Part shown: positions 58,152 to 64,000 of the stretch, in pieces
Position numbering within the stretch: the first letter of the stretch is position 1
Layout of the letters: the number at the start of each line of letters is the position of its first letter
Assembly (NCBI GenBank): GCA_964291215.2
Contig: OZ219790.1
Coordinates: forward strand, 672,001-736,000
DNA: 64,000 bases
From: Alphaproteobacteria bacterium
GTDB lineage: Bacteria > Pseudomonadota > Alphaproteobacteria > MPNO01 > UBA830
Direction: 5' to 3'
The notes under the pieces: model-generated
Told to the model about the DNA's origin: nothing
The model's input: the letters and a program-made list of their open reading frames with translations, nothing else
The model's database searches: none
Program-made: the position numbers and the translations under genes

Positions 58152-59939
58152 CTAGACAAGGATCATCCCCTCTTCCGAGACCGGCGTTTCGGCCTCGTCG
58201 CCGGGTCCGAGCAGCATTTCATTATGCGCCGCCCCCGACGGAATCATCGGGAAGCAATTCTCGGCCTGATCTACCTGGATATCGGCGAGAACCGGGCGGT
58301 CGACAGAGATCATCTCGGAAATCACGCCGTCGACTTCGTCCGGCCTTGTCGCGCGGAGTCCGACCCAGTGGCAGGCCTCGGCCAGCTTGACCATGTCGGG
58401 CAGCGCATCGGTGTAGCTCTCCGCATAGCGCCCGCCATGGAGCAGCTCCTGCCACTGGCGCACCATCCCCATGTACTGGTTGTTGATGACAAAGACCTTG
58501 ATCGGCGTACGGTACTGAACCGCGGTCGACATCTCCTGCATGTTCATCAGGAACGACGCCTCGCCGGCAATGTCGATCACGAGCGATCCGGGATGGGCGA
58601 CCTGGACGCCGATCGCGGCCGGCAGGCCATACCCCATCGTTCCAAGTCCGCCCGACGTCATCCAGCGGTTCGGTTCCTCGAACTTGTAGAACTGTGCCGC
58701 CCACATCTGGTGCTGGCCGACCTCGGTGGTGATGTAGCAGTCGCGGTCGCGAGTCTGTTCGTAGAGGCGCTGGATAGCGTATTGCGGTTTGATCAACGTC
58801 TTCGACGGCTGATACTTGAGGCAATCCTTGCGGCGCCATTGCGCGATCTTGTTCCACCAAGCCTTGAGCGCCTTGCCGTCGAGCTTCATCTCCCGCGCCT
58901 TCCAGGCCCTGAGCAATTGGCCGACGACCGTGCCCACATCACCCACGATCGGAAGATCGACGGCAACATTCTTGTTGATCGACGACGGATCGATGTCGAC
59001 ATGGATCCGCTTCGAATGCGGCGAAAAATCGGCGAGGCGGCCGGTAATCCGGTCGTCGAACCGCGCGCCGACCGCGATCACGAGATCGGCTTCGTGCATG
59101 GCCAGGTTGGCCTCGTAGGTGCCATGCATGCCCAGCATGCCGAGGAATTGCGGGTCGGAGCCCGGATAGGCTCCGAGGCCCATCAGCGTGAGGGTGATCG
59201 GAATGCCCGTCAGCCTGACGAGGCGCTGAAGCTGGCGCGACGCCGCCGGCCCCGAATTGATCACGCCGCCGCCACAATAGAATACCGGCCGTCTGGCCGC
59301 GGCGATCATTTCCACCGCCTCGTCGATCTCGCGCTTGTGCGCGCGCAGGCGCGGCCGGTAGGTCGGATGGCCGGCCTCCTTGGGCGCCACATAGGTGCCC
59401 TTGCCCATGAGAATGTCCTTGGGCAGGTCGATGACGACCGGGCCCGGACGCCCGCTACGCGCCACATAGAACGCCTCGTGGACGGTCTTCGCCAGTTGCG
59501 AGATGTCCTTCACCAGATAGTTGTGCTTGGTGCAGGGACGGGTGATTCCGGTCGTGTCGGCTTCCTGGAACGCGTCGTTACCGATGAGGTGGGTCGGTAC
59601 CTGTCCAGTCAGGCAGACCACAGGGATGCTGTCCATGAGCGCATCGGTCAGCCCGGTAACCGCATTGGTCGCGCCCGGCCCCGAGGTAACGAGCACGACG
59701 CCGACCCTGCCGGTGGACCGCGCATAGCCCTCGGCCATGTGTACTGCACCGCCTTCTTGGCGGACGAGGACATGGCGAAGACGGTTTTGCATGAAGATTT
59801 CGTCGTAGATGGGCAGCACCGCGCCGCCCGGATAACCGAACACGGTATCCACACCCTCGTTCAGGAGGGCCTTGATGACGATCTCTGATCCGTTCACGTC
59901 CCTGCTCCACGCCGGTTGTCCTGCGCTGGTTTTCGCCAC
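58152..59939 (-). CDS. ilvB: Acetolactate synthase large subunit (start 59939 or 59897)
   Basis: FGYPGGA, TSGPGATN, GQHQMW, SGGLGTMG. Confidence 0.95.
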   Translation of the reverse strand: MAKTSAGQPAWSRDVNGSEIVIKALLNEGVDTVFGYPGGAVLPIYDEIFMQNRLRHVLVRQEGGAVHMAEGYARSTGRVGVVLVTSGPGATNAVTGLTDALMDSIPVVCLTGQVPTHLIGNDAFQEADTTGITRPCTKHNYLVKDISQLAKTVHEAFYVARSGRPGPVVIDLPKDILMGKGTYVAPKEAGHPTYRPRLRAHKREIDEAVEMIAAARRPVFYCGGGVINSGPAASRQLQRLVRLTGIPITLTLMGLGAYPGSDPQFLGMLGMHGTYEANLAMHEADLVIAVGARFDDRITGRLADFSPHSKRIHVDIDPSSINKNVAVDLPIVGDVGTVVGQLLRAWKAREMKLDGKALKAWWNKIAQWRRKDCLKYQPSKTLIKPQYAIQRLYEQTRDRDCYITTEVGQHQMWAAQFYKFEEPNRWMTSGGLGTMGYGLPAAIGVQVAHPGSLVIDIAGEASFLMNMQEMSTAVQYRTPIKVFVINNQYMGMVRQWQELLHGGRYAESYTDALPDMVKLAEACHWVGLRATRPDEVDGVISEMISVDRPVLADIQVDQAENCFPMIPSGAAHNEMLLGPGDEAETPVSEEGMILV

Positions 59940-60118
59940 GGTCCCGCCCGCAGATTGCTGCCGCTTGAGCCGCATGCAACGGCCGCGACAGCTCACGCGG
60001 TCACGATACGGGATACGGGCGTCCGCCGACATCGCCCGGCCGACGCCAGATTCCGGCGACGCGACACGGCAACGGGAAATTGCCCAGGACAGGTTGCCAA
60101 GCGTCGGAAACTATACGG

Positions 60119-61045
60119 CTATCGACTGCCGGTCAACAGGAATTTGCCGACCGCTGCGAGGACACCGGCACCGGTGTCCTCCGCGTGGGCGGCGCCCAGG
60201 GTCAGGTCCGCCCTGAACCGGTTGCGGAACCACGTCATCTGGCGTTTGGCGTAACGGCGCGTGTCGCGCCCGGCGCAACTCACCATCTCGTCCTCCGAGA
60301 TGCCGCCCTCGAGCAGGCGTGCGATCGGCCGCACTCCGACCGCTTTCCACAGGGGGCAGTCGTCGGGAGGACGGGCGGTGATGAAGGCCTCGACCTCAGC
60401 GACAGCGCCGGCCGTCACCATCCGGCGGAACCGCCGTTCGCAGGCGGAATAGAGAAGGTCGCGCGGCGGCATGACCGCGATGTTCAGGAAGACGGTATCG
60501 GACACGCCGTCCCGGACCTCCGCGTCCCGCCAGTCCGCAAGGCCGCGACCGGTGTGCGAGAGCACTTCCAGCGCCCGTACGATCCGCTGGCTGTCGCCGG
60601 GGGCGAGCCGACGAGCGGTCTCGGGGTCCAGCCGCGCCAGTTCGCGATGCAGCGCCCGGGCCCCCTCGGCTTCGAGCCGCCGGCGAACGGCCTCGCGAAC
60701 CGTGCGCGGAACCTGCGGAATCCGGTGCAAGCCGTCGAGGAGCGCGCTCAGATAGAGGCCGGATCCGCCGACGATCACCGGCAGGCGGCCGGTCGCCGCA
60801 CAGCTGTTGATTTCCATCCCGGCCATGTCCCGCCAGTCTCCGGCGGTGCGGCGTTCGTCACTGGCGAGAAAGCCGTAGAGGCGGTGCGGCACCCGCGCCT
60901 CGTCGGCGGCGGTCGGACGCGCGGTGAGGATTGCCAGATCACGGTAGAGCTGCAGCGAATCGGCGTTGATCACCGTGCCGCCAAACGCACCGGCGATGGC
61001 CTGGGCGAGGCGGGACTTGCCGCCCGCGGTCGGGCCGGCGATCAC
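60119..61045 (-). CDS. miaA: tRNA dimethylallyltransferase (start may extend to about 61066)
   Basis: GPTAGGKS, NADSLQLY, GGSGLY, YAKRQMTW. Confidence 0.94.
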   Translation of the reverse strand: MIAGPTAGGKSRLAQAIAGAFGGTVINADSLQLYRDLAILTARPTAADEARVPHRLYGFLASDERRTAGDWRDMAGMEINSCAATGRLPVIVGGSGLYLSALLDGLHRIPQVPRTVREAVRRRLEAEGARALHRELARLDPETARRLAPGDSQRIVRALEVLSHTGRGLADWRDAEVRDGVSDTVFLNIAVMPPRDLLYSACERRFRRMVTAGAVAEVEAFITARPPDDCPLWKAVGVRPIARLLEGGISEDEMVSCAGRDTRRYAKRQMTWFRNRFRADLTLGAAHAEDTGAGVLAAVGKFLLTGSR

Positions 61046-61062
61046 GATGGCGGCCTGCGTGG

Positions 61063-62577
61063 TCAGCCCTTGTCGATCTCCAGAGCGACGAAGCGCCGCG
61101 TTCCCCGCGACTCGACAAGCAGAAGCACCGTCGTCTGTCCGGCCTTGCCAACGTCCCGCACCAACTCCGCAACCTCGGAGGACATCTTCACGGTGCGCTG
61201 GTCCGGGCCGATCTTGCGGATGATGGTTCCCGGTACGATGGCCTTTCGCGCTGCCGGGCCGTTTTTCGCAACCGCGGTGACGACAACGCCCTCGGCAGCC
61301 GCGTCAAGTTCGAATTTCTTCCGGAGTTCGGGCGTCAACGGCGACACCGTGAATCCGAGTTCGGCGATCTTGACACTCCGCGCCGCCATACCCGTCTGCG
61401 TTGGCGCCGCCGCATGTACGTCATCGTCCGGGAATTCGCCCAGAATCACCGTGACGGAACGGCGCGCACCGTCGCGCCAGACCTCAACGGCGACCGATTT
61501 TCCGGCCGCGGTTTCCGCCACCAGTCGGGGCAGGCGGCGCATCTTGCCGACATCCCTGCCGTCAAATCGCAGAATGACATCGCCGACCTTGATGCCGTGC
61601 TCCTCGGCCGGCCCGTCGGTGGTGACCGCCGCCACTAGGGCGCCGGTAGCCTCCGGCAGGTCGAGCGCGCGGGCGATTTCGCCCGTAACCGTCTGGATCT
61701 GCACACCCAGCCATCCCCGGCGGGCCCTGCCGAACTTCTCCAGCTGCTCGAGGATCGGACCTGCGAGATTGGAGGGGATCGCGAAACCGACGCCGACGCT
61801 GTGGCCGGCCGGTGCCAAGATGGCGGTGTTGATGCCGACCACCTCGCCGGCGACATTGAACATCGGACCGCCGGAATTGCCCTGGTTGATCGACGCGTCG
61901 GTCTGGATGAAGTCATCATAAGGGCCGGCGCGAATGTCGCGCTGGCGGCCGCTGACGATGCCCGCCGTGACCGTCCCGCCAAGGCCGAACGGATTTCCTA
62001 TGGCAACCACCCAGTCGCCGACGCGCAGCTTCGACGAATCACCGAAGGTCACCGTCGGCAGGTCTCCACCGGCCTTGACCTTGAGCAGCGCGAGATCGGT
62101 CTTGGCGTCGCGGCCGACGACTTCGGCCATCAGTTTTGTCTCGTCCTGAAGGGTGACCGTGATCTCGTCGGCCTCCTCGATGACGTGATTGTTGGTCACG
62201 ATATAGCCGGACGAACTGATGACAAAACCCGATCCGAGCGAGGTGGTCGGCCTCTGCTGGTCGAAGAACTGCCGGAAGAACTCCTCGAACGCCGATCCCG
62301 GCGGCAAGCGCGGTGACGGCGGAGCGGGCTGGTCCTCGTTCCGTTTCTCGGATGCCTGCACGGTCGAGATATTCACGACAGCAGGAAGCAGCCGGTCAAC
62401 GAGATCGGCGAAACCCGCCGGCGGAGGAGCGGCGACGGGAGCGCGCCCGACGCCGATTGCAAGGAGCGCGACGGTGACGGCGGCAACCGCCGCGAAACGG
62501 CGCGGTGCGCCTCGCGCCCCAGACCGGGGCGGGCGGTTCGGTGACGGCCGTCTTTCCCTCGCTCGCAGCATGGTCAA
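61063..62577 (-). CDS. degP: Do/DegP-family periplasmic serine protease
   Basis: TNNHV, DLAL, GNSGGP, two PDZ domains. Confidence 0.92.
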   Translation of the reverse strand: MTMLRARERRPSPNRPPRSGARGAPRRFAAVAAVTVALLAIGVGRAPVAAPPPAGFADLVDRLLPAVVNISTVQASEKRNEDQPAPPSPRLPPGSAFEEFFRQFFDQQRPTTSLGSGFVISSSGYIVTNNHVIEEADEITVTLQDETKLMAEVVGRDAKTDLALLKVKAGGDLPTVTFGDSSKLRVGDWVVAIGNPFGLGGTVTAGIVSGRQRDIRAGPYDDFIQTDASINQGNSGGPMFNVAGEVVGINTAILAPAGHSVGVGFAIPSNLAGPILEQLEKFGRARRGWLGVQIQTVTGEIARALDLPEATGALVAAVTTDGPAEEHGIKVGDVILRFDGRDVGKMRRLPRLVAETAAGKSVAVEVWRDGARRSVTVILGEFPDDDVHAAAPTQTGMAARSVKIAELGFTVSPLTPELRKKFELDAAAEGVVVTAVAKNGPAARKAIVPGTIIRKIGPDQRTVKMSSEVAELVRDVGKAGQTTVLLLVESRGTRRFVALEIDKG

Positions 62578-63470
62578 GGTTGTTCGGACCCTCCCTTCGG
62601 GACCGGAGGCTTTCCTGACAGATCATTGAAAAATCTGAAGAATTCGCTGTCCGGAGAGAGCACCATCGTGGTCCCTTGTCCAAGCGCCTCGCCATAGGCC
62701 TCAAGCGAGCGGTAGAAGGCGAAGAATTCGGGATCGCGCGAGAACGCATCTATGAGGATTGTGGTCTTTTGCGCCTCCCCCTCGCCACGCAGGATCTGGG
62801 CATCGCGCCGCGCCTCGGCAAGAATGACGGTGCGTTCGCGATCCGCGTCGGCCTGGATCCGTGCCTTGACCTCCGCCCCCTCGGACCTCAGCTTGGCCGC
62901 CTGCGCCACGCGCGACGAGCGCATGCGGTTATAGACCGATTCGCTGGTGGTGTCGGGCAGGTCAGTCCGTCCGATGCGGACATCGACAACCGATATGCCG
63001 AACTCGGCTGCTTGCAACTTGAGCTGTTCGGTAATTTCGGCCATCACGTCGTCGCGCTTGCTCGACAGCACGTCGGCGAGAATTATGCGCCCGACCTGGG
63101 CGCGCACGGCCGAATTCAGGCGGCGGCCGAAGATGCTGATGAAGTTCTGCTCGGTATCGGCGCGCTGGCGGAACTTGAGCGGCGAAACGATGCGGTAGCG
63201 CACGTAGGCGTCGACAATGATCCGTTTCTGATCAGCAAGGATGATCTCCTGGGCCGGCGGGTCGAGGCTCAGCACCCTGCGATCATAGTAGGTCGCGCTG
63301 CGCCAGGGCAGCTTGAAGTGCAGACCGGGGTCGCGCTCCTCGTGACGCGGCTGGCCGAATTCGAGAATCAGCGCCTGACGGGTCTCGTGGACCGTGTACA
63401 CGCAGCTGAACAGGATCACGCCGGCGACGATGACCGCCAGCCCGGCGATGATGAGGCGAAGGTTCGACAT
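62574..63470 (-). CDS. hflC: FtsH modulator HflC
   Basis: SPFH domain, DPEFFAFYRSLEAY. Confidence 0.94.
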   Translation of the reverse strand: MSNLRLIIAGLAVIVAGVILFSCVYTVHETRQALILEFGQPRHEERDPGLHFKLPWRSATYYDRRVLSLDPPAQEIILADQKRIIVDAYVRYRIVSPLKFRQRADTEQNFISIFGRRLNSAVRAQVGRIILADVLSSKRDDVMAEITEQLKLQAAEFGISVVDVRIGRTDLPDTTSESVYNRMRSSRVAQAAKLRSEGAEVKARIQADADRERTVILAEARRDAQILRGEGEAQKTTILIDAFSRDPEFFAFYRSLEAYGEALGQGTTMVLSPDSEFFRFFNDLSGKPPVPKGGSEQP

Positions 63471-64000
63471 CACTGGTTGGCTCCTTCGGCGCGCTTGCGC
63501 AATTCGGGCAGCGGCAGGTAGGGAACGACACCGCCCTGCCCCTTGTCGATGATGACCTTCTCGGAGTTCTTCATGACTTCCTGCATGCGTTCGAGATAGA
63601 GCCGGCGCAAGGTCACGTCGCGTCCGCCCATGTACGCGTCATACACCGAGATGAAACGCTTGGCCTCACCATCTGCTTCCTTGATCAACTGTTCCCGGTA
63701 GGCCTTGGCTTCGGCGCGCAACCGCTCGGCCTCGCCCTTGGCCTTGGGCAGGATGTCGTTGCGATACGCATTGGCCTCGTTTTCCTGGCGCTCCTTGTCC
63801 TGGCGCGCCCGCTGCACGTCGTTGAAGGCATCGATCACCTTCTGCGGCGGGTCGACCTTCTGGAGCTTGACCTCGGCGATGATGACACCGGCCCTGTACT
63901 CGTCGAGAATTCTCTGGAGCACATCCTTGGTCCGTGCCTCGACCTCCTGGCGCTTGGTTGCAAGAGTCTCCTCAAGCGGCGTCTGGCCGACGACCTCCCT
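63470..64000 (-). CDS. hflK: FtsH modulator HflK (5' end outside the window)
   Basis: DPPQKVIDAFNDVQRA, VTLRRLYLE, VVPYLPL. Confidence 0.93.
   Translation of the reverse strand, partial: REVVGQTPLEETLATKRQEVEARTKDVLQRILDEYRAGVIIAEVKLQKVDPPQKVIDAFNDVQRARQDKERQENEANAYRNDILPKAKGEAERLRAEAKAYREQLIKEADGEAKRFISVYDAYMGGRDVTLRRLYLERMQEVMKNSEKVIIDKGQGGVVPYLPLPELRKRAEGANQ

Overview
GC-rich alphaproteobacterial (Rhodospirillales-like) chromosomal segment in three parts. (1) 1-28 kb: intact accessory catabolic genes for aromatic, heterocyclic or acyl-CoA substrates: two Rieske oxygenases, a CoA ligase, a crotonase, a ThDP enzyme, two GSTs, an aldolase, LLM and HpaB monooxygenases, two thiolases, DUF35 and a Mo-hydroxylase M-S-L set. 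A YrdC/TrmO pair, cspA, a cytochrome b/c' pair and a decayed Type ISP/PIN remnant also lie here. (2) 28-38 kb, 44.6-46.9 kb and 55.2-56.3 kb: nested, decayed mobile elements (IS256 x3 plus one end, IS630 x2, IS66 copies, group II intron pieces, IS30, IS1634, a 331-bp MITE). (3) Intact core operons: rrf2-sufBCDSU-sufT-sufA, mreBCD-mrdA-rodA, leuA, and hflKC-degP-miaA-ilvBNC. The most striking signal is that the mobile elements are riddled with deletions of nearly uniform size (5-7 nt), while neighbouring core genes keep long open frames. The two IS630 copies differ by 16 gaps (1x5, 9x6, 5x7, 1x12 nt) that sum exactly to their 106-bp length difference. All calls come from manual reading and recalled motifs; no searches were run.
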